From Octopus vulgaris (Eukaryota), in NCBI GenBank assembly GCA_951406725.2, contig OX597833.1:1178001-1242000 (forward strand): 64,000 nucleotides of DNA. The letters run 5' to 3'. Below, piece after piece: positions 45,333 through 57,714 of the stretch. A program made the position numbers and the translations under genes. Below the pieces are notes generated by a model. It was not told the origin of the DNA. It worked only from the letters and a program-made list of their open reading frames with translations, and did not search any database. Within the stretch, counting starts at the first letter, position 1. The number at the start of each line of letters is the position of its first letter.

Positions 45333-45716
45333 CTAACAGTATCGCCCGGCGTTGCTCAGGTTTGCAAGGGAAATAACTATAAAGCATTTTTAGAGAGTTA
45401 TAGCCAAAAAATAGCAAAAAAATGGAAAAAAATGATGGTAAATTTTTTTGGAGAGTAAAAAAAGGTGGAGTTGCGTCCCCTAGACAGTTTGCGGTTTGTG
45501 TTTCTGATTCTCGACCCCATGTCGAATTTATCGATTTTTTTCAGAACTGGGGGAACTTTTCAAAATTTTGGTTGCGTTAGTTTTGAATTATGACATTGGG
45601 CTACGTGTGTGTCAAGTTTCATCAGAATCGGTTGAAAGCCGTGGTCAGTGTGAGGGTACAAGCAAACAGACACACAGAAACACGCACAGACAAACTGCCG
45701 TTTATATAGAGAGAGA
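45333..45716 (-). mobile_element. Non-autonomous Helitron, second subfamily
   Basis: Minus strand starts tctctctctatataaa; its 3' ~100 bp match 27200-27305 including the hairpin; ends TTAG|T. Confidence 0.8.
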
Positions 45717-45791
45717 TATAGCGTTCAGTAAATCACTATACATATCCATCATGTTCTGTTAAAATGTCTTATTGATGAGCTTCATTTCTTC

Positions 45792-45878
45792 ACTTCCCTG
45801 AAGAGACGATTACATTGCTTTACACCATTTATTCTTTTGAATAATATCAATGAAATCTTCGAAACATGTGTCGGAAGT
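45792..45878 (+). ncRNA. Type I hammerhead ribozyme in a ~350-bp element (about 45720-46082)
   Basis: acttcc-CTGAAGA-gacgattacattg...caatgaaatcttc-GAAAC-atgt-GTC-ggaagt; all core nucleotides present and stems pair. Confidence 0.8.
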
Positions 45879-46077
45879 AAACGTATTTGAATTATACCTG
45901 CGTTAAACTCCTTTTATTTATTTATATATTATGCAAAAATTTCCACGTAAAGCTGAAGTTTCTACCTTTAAAAACAAGGAGTTATATCCTCTTTACTTGT
46001 GTGATATTTTGCTACCCTGGTAACTATTTATTTATCTATTTTTTCCGTGTTAATTGTTAACAAGGGAAAATACACTC

Positions 46078-46154
<77 letters not shown>

Positions 46155-46407
46155 CACACACATATATATTTTTTTTTTTTATCTAGTTTCAGCTCACAAG
46201 CTGTGGCCACGCTGGGGTACCGCCATTTGGTGTTGCTACATGATTTTACTTCACGAATGCTTTTTAACAATTGCCATTTGGTGCATGAGAGAGTTCGACG
46301 CAGCTGCCCTCATCTGCACCTCCTTTTTCTATTCCTGAGCGTTATACTAATACATCTGTTTGTTTTGTACACCACCTGTCTTCATACTTTGTTTTTTCGT
46401 AAACTCT

Positions 46408-46450
<43 letters not shown>

Positions 46451-46453
<3 letters not shown>

Positions 46454-47427
46454 TCTATTTTTTCATTGTTTAAGAAAAATGTCCATTTCCTTGGTTTTGT
46501 GTTTATGTTTTCGTTTCTCATTGTGTTCGACGTTTTTTGGTGTCCTGTACCCATATATGCATGTATATATACATGTAAAGGTAGGTACGTACATATATGT
46601 ATGTATATATGCATATGTTTTATTTATTTATTAATTTATTATATGACGGAACGCACGCATCCATTTCTAAGTAAGATTGTTCTTAATATTTATAATGATG
46701 TGCACTCTTAACCTTCTCTCCCCCTCTCTTTCTCAGCCTTCATTCTTTTGGCTTTCCTTTCCTTCTACCTTACTGTCTCTCTCTCTCTCTCTCTCTTTCT
46801 TCATTATTTTCTCTACAGCCATTCCCTTTTTTCTCTCCCTTTCTCTTACTCCTCCTCCCTCCCGTCGTTGACCCGCGACGAGAACTCTGCTACTGTCTTT
46901 CTTCTCCTGGCTACCTTCAAGTAGAGACGGCACATCTGTTGCTCCCTCGCCGTTCTCAAAAAATAGCGTTCGTAAAAGATGTTATCTCGTTCGGCTTAAC
47001 AGCCCTTCTTGTTTGTGTTACTGTTATTCTCCTTGTCCTGTCTTTTACTGTTTATATTTTGTACTGTCGTTACTGTCCTGTTTTTGTTGACATTTTACCC
47101 CTCCGCAAAAAAATCGCAAATTTTATTTAATTTGAAGGATTGTTTCATTAAAGTCATGTATCGCCTTGACCTTCGAAACGTGGAGTAGATGAAACAAAGG
47201 CGACTGAAGAAGGGGAATTTTCCTTGTTTTGTATGTCCTGTACTGTATTTTTTCGTTGTTTAAGAAAAATGTCCATTTCCTTGGTTTTGTGTTTATGTTT
47301 TCGTTTCTCATTGTGTTTTTTTTTGTGTCCTGTACCCATATATGCATGTATATATACATGCAGAGGTACGTACATATATGTATGTATATATGCATATGTT
47401 TTATTATTTTATTAATTTATGATAGAT
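46451..47427 (+). mobile_element. Element with ~190-bp direct terminal repeats (period 790), Penelope-pLTR or retrozyme-like
   Basis: 46451-46644 is repeated at 47241-47427; TA-rich flanks; hammerhead motif just before the second repeat. Confidence 0.6.
47141..47215 (+). ncRNA. Non-circularly permuted hammerhead ribozyme candidate
   Basis: catGTA-tcgcctt / cttc-GAAAC-gtg / aaggcga-CTGAAGA-a-gggg, plus an extra helix tgtttcat/atgaaaca. Confidence 0.65.
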
Positions 47428-48264
47428 ATATATATATTTATATATATACTATAAGAAGGTATGAACGAAGTAACGTTACGGTTTCATGCGACAGGAGAAT
47501 GGCCGAACCATGTGGAAGATTTTCGTTGAAGTGTTGGCATCAACGTATTGTAAAAGTTTACGATACATGACAACGAAGAATATTCTAAGAGAACTACAAC
47601 AATATCTTCTAACCATCTACAAATCAATAGCACAAATGATGAAATATTTAGTTAATCCCTGATTTTAAGCAATTTATAAACAAGAATAAATACGTAAGAA
47701 AATGGCGCATATTCGTCGAGGAATAAAAGAAGAATGAAAGGAAGTGATTATCTGATGACTTTACATACGTTTCCATAGAATGCATGAATATTTGGTTAGG
47801 AATTTGTTGCATTTCGTCTCACATCATAGCGTCGTTAAAACAGAGGTTGATCTGTGGTTTGATTATACAATGACGACAGACGATATGTACCGGTTATTTT
47901 GTACTACCAAGCAATATATTACGTACACGACATGATTCAATAATCATTCATATAATTATATAATTATATATGTATGTATATGTACGTATATATATATGTG
48001 TGTGTGTGTGTGTGTATGTCTGTATGTGTGTGCGTGTGTAAATGCACATACATATAACAAATTAGAATGAATGGAATCCATTATTAAGTTATCATACGGA
48101 CATTTCCATATAATGATTATTTACAATTCATATATATATGGATATATGATATATATATATATATATACACATACGTATGTACATATACATGTAGCGATAT
48201 ATACATACATATAAAACACACATAAATATACATGTGTACATATATATAAAAATATATTTATTAT

Positions 48265-48321
<57 letters not shown>

Positions 48322-48395
48322 ATATACATACATATCACTGAATTTCCATTCTAAATCTCAATGTGTCTAAGTACATATATACATACATATGTGTG

Positions 48396-48450
<55 letters not shown>

Positions 48451-48831
48451 GTATGTATATACGTATGTATATACGAATGTATAGACCTTCGTACTAAGTA
48501 TTCACGTAATACGTAACGAAAGTTGTATTTTTCTCCATTGAAAAGAAGTGTAGCAAGAGAAAATCCTCAACAATGCCAACACCATTCGTGTCTGGCTCCG
48601 AGAGGCAAATAAAAGTTTTCTGCTCGTCTTTCCTCGTAGTCGTCGTGTTGACAGAATAATATAATTTTAAACAAACCATTTTTTGCTCATCGAATATCTC
48701 GAAGATGCTTTCAGCTTTCAGCAATATTAAAATTTTAAATTTCAATAAAAATATGATTTGAATGAATATATTTTCTCATTGCTGAAGCGTTGCTCTGTGC
48801 ATATATCTATATATATATGTATGTATATATA

Positions 48832-48918
<87 letters not shown>

Positions 48919-49000
48919 AGAGAAGTAGATAGATAGATTGAGTGATAGATAGATACATAGATAGATAGATATAGATATAGATATAGATATAGATATATGT

Positions 49001-49165
49001 AGTTGAAATCTACAGAAAAACAAAAGAGGAAGACAGGTGTGTAAACAACAAGCAGGTGTATTAGTTTAACGCTCGGGAAGGTGAGAAAGTCTTTTACATT
49101 TCGTGCCTACGCTCTTCAACAAAAAGGAACGCGAGGAGATAAACAGAGAAAGAATACAAAAACTT

Positions 49166-49167
<2 letters not shown>
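49001..49167 (-). mobile_element. Family E element with a decayed hammerhead-like motif
   Basis: Homologous to 1171-1337. Confidence 0.6.
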
Positions 49168-49215
<48 letters not shown>

Positions 49216-49407
49216 TGAATGAATTATCCTATGTTTATCGTCAGCATGGAAAATTCGTTTAACCGAAACCTGGGTAGCAAATTCACGTCAGAAACACGGT
49301 TGAAGCGACCTGTCCAAGGGTAGAAACTCCGGGTTCATGTGCAGTAATTTGTGTGTTGTATATGAATAAATGAAAGAATGGAGTCGAACGAAGATGTTAA
49401 CAAAATT

Positions 49408-49500
49408 CCTTTACTCTCGACATATGTTTCGAAGACAACATGTTTTCATTCCAAAGAAATAAAGGGTGCATTATGCAATCTTCTCATCAGGAAAGAAAGG
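49408..49500 (-). ncRNA. Type I hammerhead ribozyme in a ~350-bp element (about 49213-49563)
   Basis: Minus strand ctttc-CTGATGA-gaagattgcat...atgttgtcttc-GAAAC-atat-GTC-gagag. Confidence 0.8.
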
Positions 49501-49609
49501 CAGCCTCTCTCGACAACAAGACAAACAAAAATTTCGATGACTGCCTACATGGTAAACAAAACGATATATATATATACTAAACTTATAAACGTGCGTGCAT
49601 TTATTTATG

Positions 49610-49685
<76 letters not shown>

Positions 49686-49698
49686 ACTTACAATTTAA

Positions 49699-50330
49699 GC
49701 TGCCAGAAAATCAATCATTAAATTTGAAAATAAGTTATCGGTCCGTAAAGACACGCCTCGTAGTTTTGATGTCACGATGGGCAGTTCTGACTTAGCACAA
49801 TTGGCTGATTTGGTCGGTATATACATCCTTTATGCGATGGCTGACCAATTCCCAAACATCAATGGAAGTTTATATCGTCATGATTGTCTACTCTGCCTTC
49901 AAAATGTTTCTAACCAAAAATTACAAAGAGTTAAAAATAGGTTGGTTAAATTTTTCGGAAACCTAGGCTTAAACATTATTACCATAAATCCTTAGGTAAT
50001 TTAAAATATATTAACTTTGTCAGTAATCATCCGAAGATTATTACAAGAGACTTGTAATATTTCACGTAAACTTTCTAGATTATCTGCTAATCTTGATATC
50101 TTTAACGATAAAGCTGAATTTTATAACTCTGCCTTACTTAAAGTAGGCCATAAAGAAAAATTTACTATATCAACGCCATTGACATTAATTCTGCTTCTGT
50201 TAATCAGGACATGAAATCAAATCATAACGATAATCACAATATAAATTTTAGTTGGAATAATAACCATAAATCGAAAAATGTATTTTTGCAGCGTAAGGGA
50301 GATAACCGTTCCTTATTTCCCTTGGTAAGC
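49699..50330 (+). pseudogene. Penelope-like element reverse transcriptase remnant
   Basis: FDVTMGSSDLAQLADLVGIYIL...LYRHDCL (decayed YRDD)...FFGNLGLNI, then NISRKLSRLSANLDIFNDKAEFYNSAL. Confidence 0.8.
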
Positions 50331-50475
50331 AATAATAATAAGTCTAGGATATTTTGCTAGATGCAGAGCACACTACGTCGGGAGTAAATTAACATTGCCT
50401 CTCTCTTTCTCTCTCTCATACACACATACATACACACACACGCACGCATGTACACACACACACACATACACACAC

Positions 50476-50510
<35 letters not shown>

Positions 50511-50818
50511 TAAAATAAGAAAAAGATGGACACTGGCAAGTCAATAATTGTTTATTATTAGGAGCAAACTGGTAATTAGTGAAGACGACCAATTTGCTGT
50601 TAACAATAAACAATTAATTACTTCCCAGTTTCCATTTTCTTTGTCTTCTTTTAAATTAATAAAAACTGTTCTTAATATATCTCTTATTCTAAGGAAATTC
50701 ACCCCCTCCCCCCCAAAAAAATATTAGATATTGAAACAATTTTTCCTTGGATGAAACCATCCCTTCATGAGGTTAATACAACCTCTAATTAAATATATAT
50801 ATATATATATTTATATAG

Positions 50819-51045
50819 CAAATATGAAAATGGAGAAGTACATTATTTGGTTCATCAACTTTAGGATATTAAAATGTTGACTTATTTATCAAAAGGACAA
50901 CCATAGTAACATACATACATTCGATGGAATACTGTATATAAGCATGTATGTTATTATGGTTGTCCTTTTGACAAATAAATAAGTCAGCATTTTAATATCC
51001 TAAAGTTGATGAACCAACTAAATTGTTTCTGCATTTTCTTATTTG
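50819..51045. repeat. Fold-back palindrome with ~70-bp near-perfect core arms
   Basis: 50848-50917 is the reverse complement of 50944-51017; ~26-nt spacer. Confidence 0.9.
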
Positions 51046-51641
51046 TAATATAAATTAGTGGTAAAATATCTCTTTACCTTCACCCATTTAATACAATAAG
51101 TAAGTTTATTGCATTGCAATTAAAAACACTTGTCTATTAATAATTGGGTATTATAACAACAGTATATTGGATAAGTATTATCCCTTAGTGAGTTGCATCC
51201 ACAACCCCTAACTTATTGGGTGGTATATATATATATATATATATATACTTTTTTATATTCTCAACATACTCTTGTCACCAAAGAATGTATATTTATATGG
51301 ATTATATTACTCTGTGTAAACCAATATTCTGTGCATGTTTGAATATACAGATACAATACCAATATCAATTCCTTCTGGAAACTATCTTAAGCATCTCCTT
51401 GAGAACGATTATTTATGTAGTAATCTTTTGTGCCCAATATTTTAAGGAACTTGTTGAACTTTTTTATGTCCTTAACATGTCCCTGTTACCAAAGACTGTA
51501 TATATGTAATGTAGCAATTTGCAACAACCAATAATTAACGCAACCAAACTTCTACATGTTACTTTTGACAATCTTTTTCCAAAGAGTGAAACCGGTAAAG
51601 TAAATAAACATCTTTTAAATTGCATTTTCAAACCTTCTTTC

Positions 51642-51755
<114 letters not shown>

Positions 51756-52475
51756 CGCACGAACACATGTGTATTGCTTGTGTGTCTGGGCCTTAATATT
51801 CGTGTGAGTGTGCGTGGGTGTACATGATGTAGGTATTGTAGGTCGATATCTTAACCGAAAGCAGAGATTAATAGATAACGTGTGTGATACAGGTTCAGAG
51901 ATATCGCCAGTATTCGGTGCCTTTGTAAAATATCTTATTTTTTTAAATGTGTTCATTTTTCACAACGATGCGCTCTCAACAGAAAAATTTCCATTACACA
52001 GTTGTTCATGTGGTACTAAATTGTATGTTTATCGCTACTGCTTTGCAGTTTCTTAATGTGCATAAACAATGATGTGCTAAGCTGTTTCCTTTAACAAATT
52101 TCTACTGGGGTCCGAAGAGCAGATTAATGTACAAAAATAGGATAGTATTGAAATAGTACTTATAGGATCGGTTGAGAAATTCTTCAGCGACCAATATACA
52201 CAGTAAAATTATTCTTTGTAATCCCGATGTAAAATGAATTCTATAGCATCGCCACTGTATTTTTGGAGTTTTAAAGAATGACGTTAGTATAAAGTGGAAT
52301 ATCACCGAGAAAGCGACGCCATATAAATACGAAATGAATAGAAGTGATATATTTATGGCAGAGAAATTGCCTGCGAAAAATCGTTTGTGTTTCACGCGCT
52401 TTCTTTTTAGCGAGGTCAAAAATTAGTTCACAGGCATTAAATTTATCACGATTGTTCAAATGGCAAATATGTTGC

Positions 52476-52517
<42 letters not shown>

Positions 52518-52718
52518 GTGATGTGATGTGATGTGTGTGTGTGTGTGAGTGAGTACATATACGTAAATGTGGAACAATGAGAATGAGTGTTCAATACTGC
52601 ATTGATGGATAAAGTCTTTTATTTGCATATTATGTCTGCCAATGGTTTCATGTTGAGAAAATATCTAAAGTCGTTGGCTTGTGATCAAAATGAAAAGTTG
52701 TACATATGTGTATATGTG

Positions 52719-52756
<38 letters not shown>

Positions 52757-53065
52757 CATATATGTACATATGCATATACATACTTATACATTTGTGTGTA
52801 TGGAGAGAGAAGGGAGACATAGAGAGAGGGGACAAAGCGAAGGAACACAGAGCGAGAAGTAGGGAGATAGTTAAATTCACATATGTTTTAAACATATATT
52901 TACATGGAGCACAAAATACAGATTACGGAATAAAGAAGAACCTAATAAAGTACAGAATTGAACTCGGAATCTTGGGGTTAGTAGCCTGCGCTCTTAAACA
53001 CTACGCCATATATCCGTCAAATGTAAATAATGGAAATAAAGTACAGAATTGTGTAAAAATCTTAC

Positions 53066-53262
53066 CGTAACAGCTGTTTCCGTAATAACCATATTCATAT
53101 CAACGTGCATGATGTCATACCTTTTTGTGCTGCTGCAAGACAAAACTCGATAAAATTGATAACGTGATTTACTCATCCCTTCATAAGAGTAAGGTGGCAA
53201 AACTTTGCCACCTGGCTCTTCAGAAGGGATACCTATCTTAAAATACGGCCATCTGGAAACAG
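53066..53262 (-). CDS. Candidate coding exon, product unknown
   Basis: Donor ACG|gtaaga; open frame VSRWPYFKIGIPSEEPGGKVLPPYSYEG...ETAVT; in phase with 53392-53497 (donor gtaagt). Confidence 0.3.
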
Positions 53263-53540
53263 CTGTCGAGATGAGACTTCACATAATTCTTCTACTTTAT
53301 AGGTTTTTTCTTTATTCTGTAATCTGCATTTTTGTTCTACATGTAATTGTACATCTCAAATCCATAAGGATTTTCTGTACAGCCGACTTACGATGTAGAG
53401 GTGCGAGGCCCTCAAAGAAGACGTCGGAGTTTAAGTTCCCATCTATTTGTACATTAAACTGTGTTATCAATGCTAACCTAATTTCCCTTGCATCCATTCA
53501 CTGTATACATACATACAAACACACACACACACACACACAC

Positions 53541-53570
<30 letters not shown>

Positions 53571-53571
<1 letters not shown>

Positions 53572-54034
53572 ATAGAAATTTTAAAATTACTAAGTCTCTC
53601 TAAAGGAGATTACGGCAGCGTTACTGGATATTAATAGTTATCGCCATACAAATATGGCAGTCTATAAATATAAGACTAAAGCTGTCGCTGATTAGCTCCA
53701 AGAGGCCATCGTCTCTAGCTAGCTATATGACACACGAACCTGCGTCCATTACAACCTTCGAACAGGGGAGGTCAGCCGCTTCACCTTGCTAGTCAGACAT
53801 CTGCAGATATGTTTCAGGGTTGTTGCCCTTTATCAATGCAGCGTAGTCAGAACCAGCAAGTGTCGCTACTGACCGTCTGTTCGAAGATTTTATTTACCTA
53901 GTTACAGTGGAATACATCCAATTGTTTTCAATAATAGAAATATTAAAATTACTAAGTCTCTCTAAAGGAGATTACGGCAGCGTTACTGGATATTAATAGG
54001 TATCGCCATACTAATATGGAGGTCTATAAATATA
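53571..54034 (-). mobile_element. Element with ~100-bp direct repeats (period 362) and a degenerate hammerhead
   Basis: 53571-53672 is repeated at 53933-54034; minus strand ctgca-TTGATAA-aggg-caacaa-ccct-GAAAC-ata-TC-tgcag at 53801-53841. Confidence 0.6.
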
Positions 54035-54568
54035 CATTGATAGGTAGATATAAATATATATGACAAATGAACAAGACTTATGTAACAACCTACAATATTG
54101 GAGCTTTCTGATTCTTTGCATCATAAACACACAGACACGCTCGCCCACACAAACGCACATATACACATACAATACACACACACACACGTATACATATATA
54201 CATATATGTATATGTATGTATCTATCTATTATTTTAGTATGTATGTATACATGTGAGTGTGGTGTTGTGTGTACTGAACTCACAGTTAACGTATTTGCCG
54301 CTATTTATTATTCATATACATTATTAAACATATATATTGTTGCACTTCCATAAAAAAAAATGTTACAATTCACAAAGTAGATATCTAAATTGCGTTGAAT
54401 AATATATACGAAATATTGCAAAGAAACAGAATCTTAGAAACTTCGTGATAATTTTGTTGCGGATAAAAGCATTCAGGGTTGTCAGCGTTATATATAATTT
54501 AATAACAATCACATCTGCAATTACGATTACCTAGTTTTAAGAGTAAGAACATATGATTATATGTATTA

Positions 54569-54610
<42 letters not shown>

Positions 54611-54967
54611 TGCAGACTTATGTATGCTTGTGACTAAGAATGCGTAGATCGTTAATTACGTATGCGTAATTATGTAAATATATATAATTGTATGAAATGC
54701 TATCTCTGTTTATATATGTATATGCGTACACACATGCGTATACGCATGTATATAGATATAAGTATGTGTGTCTTTGTGTATATATATATGCATATGTATA
54801 TATATATATACATATACCATATACGTAAATGTATATGTACATATATGTGTGTATATATATATATACACATATATACATATATATATATATATATATGCAT
54901 ATAAATATATATATATATACACACATATATATATATAAATGCATACATGTAAGCATATACGTGTATA

Positions 54968-55009
<42 letters not shown>

Positions 55010-55403
55010 TGCACACACAGAGACACACACACAAACATATGTATATATGTAACAAAAGATGTTCCAGCATAGAATACGTACAAATATCCATACACGTATA
55101 CATGTATACACGAAAGGATTCTCATACATACACACTTCCATACGTTATTATACTAAAAGCCTGTACGTATATTCTCACACGTCTTTCATGCTTACAGACA
55201 TGTATGTATGTTTGTATATATCCGATAAAATATACACCCATGCTTGCTCTCGCACATGGATACATAGTGCATACATATGCATCCATACATAAATACATAT
55301 GCACACATACATAGATACGTAAAATAGACATATCAGGATATAAGAATAAACATGCATAAATACATACACACATATACTTACATATGCACACATAGATTCA
55401 GAA

Positions 55404-55451
<48 letters not shown>

Positions 55452-55784
55452 CACTTGCAAGCATACATATATGCATAGAGTATCTACACACACCCGCACG
55501 CACACACACATACACACATACATGTGTATGTGTGCACACACACACATACACACACACACACACACATCAAAAACTGACACTTGCAAACTCGGTCAGACTG
55601 TCTGGATTTGATTTTCGCGTGTTCTCTCCCCATCTATTGTATTTTTGTTTGGCTGTGTCCCATTTTATCCTGGCATCTAATGCTATGCGTGTGCGTGTGT
55701 ATGTATATATGTACATATGTGCGTTTGTGGTGTATATATACATATATGAGTGCGTATGCGTATATTTATATGCATATATATGTA

Positions 55785-55847
<63 letters not shown>

Positions 55848-56240
55848 AGGCGGAGGAGTGGCTGTGTGGTAAGTAGCTTGCTAACCAACCACATGGTTCC
55901 GGGTTCAGTCCACTGCGTGGCATCTTGGGCAAGTGTCTTCTACTATAGCCTCGGGCCGACCAAAGCCTTGTGAGTGGATTTTGTAGACGGAAACTGAAAG
56001 AAGCCCGTCGTATATATTTATGTATATATATATATGTGTGTGTGTATGTTTGTGTGTCTGTGTTTGTCCCCCTAGCATCGCTTGACAACCGATGCTGGTG
56101 TGTTTATGTCCCCATCACTTAGCGGTTCGGCAAAAGAGACCGATAGAATAAGTACTGTGCTTACAAAGAATAAGTCCTGGGGTCGATTTGCTCGACTAAA
56201 GGCGGTGCTCCAGCATGGCCGCAGTCAAATGACTGAAACA
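55848..56240 (+). mobile_element. SINE family A
   Basis: Near-consensus copy. Confidence 0.9.
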
Positions 56241-56325
56241 AATATGTATATATGTACATATGTGCGTGTGTGGTGTATATATACATATATGTGTGCGTTT
56301 GCGTATATTTATATGTATATATATG

Positions 56326-56376
<51 letters not shown>

Positions 56377-56417
56377 GTTTAAATATTTGTTGTGCAAATA
56401 TGACCATTCCGAAATAT

Positions 56418-56467
<50 letters not shown>

Positions 56468-56770
56468 GTAAAAGAGTATATATATATACACACACACATT
56501 TGTGGCGTGTGCCTGTATATGTTTGTGTCTACGTGTATACAATATTACCTATTCGTATATGTATTTGTGTATGCCTCTATGATCCATGCATACATTTTTA
56601 CAGGCATATATACACATCTTTATATATACAGACACTATGTGACGTTCAGTCGCATTGGACTGCGCAAAATAACGTGGTTGGAAATTTAGCTTTACAATGA
56701 CAGTGGCTTTTCGCAACCCAGCGTCTGACTTCCCCTAGCGTGTTCAGGTGCGTGTGTGTGTGTTCGTATA

Positions 56771-57620
56771 TAGGGTGGCCAAAAAGTCACGCGCCATGGG
56801 ATTTGTCAAGTATGATTTATTAGCAATGAAGTCGGTAATCCATTACAAATGTTCAAAGTGGTGGCCATGTAGCTCTAAACAAGTGTTCATACGGAATTTG
56901 AAATTGCGATGAACCCTTTCAAATAACTCTTCATTGCCGTTGAATTGTTCACATGCTTTGAAGATGTCCTTGGTCAAGAAACCTCTCAGAATACACAAGG
57001 GGATTAATGTACCCGATGAAGAAGAATGTCCATGGGAGTTAAAATCTGGTGACCGTGGTGCCCATCTCCCTGGAAAATGTTCATTCAGAAAATCCCGAAC
57101 CTATAATGAATAATATATTTCTTTATTACCCACAAGGGGCTAAACATAGAGGGGGCAAACAAGGACAGACAAAGGGATTAAGTCGATTATATCGACCCCA
57201 GTGCGAAACTGGTACTTTATTTATCGACCCCGAAAGGATGAAAGGCAAAGTCGACAACGTCGGAATTTGAAATAAGAACCAGAACATAATATAAAGAGCT
57301 GGAATAAGAACCGCAAAGTACTTTTTTCCTGCTGCTCTAACGATCCTGCCAACTCGTCGGGCGGAGCCCCATCCTGCTGGGACCAGACAGGAACTCCCTT
57401 TCCAAATGAATGCATGTGAAGCATCATCTTATTGCCAATCGTGTCCAGATACGAATCACCTGTCCCAGGGCCCTCAATCTAAAATGGTCCACATAATTAG
57501 ACCACAAAGTTACCCTGCCCCCGCCTTGTTGAACATCTGGTCTATTCTTAGCGAGATATTTCTCTTGTAATCATTTCGCTTTTGAAAGAGCGTCGGTCAT
57601 ACTATGGCCTGACACACACC
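56771..57620 (-). mobile_element. Tc1/mariner-superfamily transposase remnant interrupted by a SINE B
   Basis: QQDGAPP near 57370, VRDFLNEHFPGRWAPRSPD near 57050-57100, C-terminal HGHHFEHL*; TIR-like tagggtggccaaaaagtcac. Confidence 0.75.
57119..57360 (-). mobile_element. SINE family B
   Basis: Matches the family B unit; divergent head. Confidence 0.8.
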
Positions 57621-57714
57621 TGGACTACATTTTATCTCACCTCACTAATTGAGCCAGCAATCTTACCTTAGTTTACATGACTTCGTACCTGTACATAGTT
57701 TTCCACTTTTTTTT

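Noticed and set aside
47751-47775. CTGATGA motif
   Set aside because: No matching GAAA or stems nearby.
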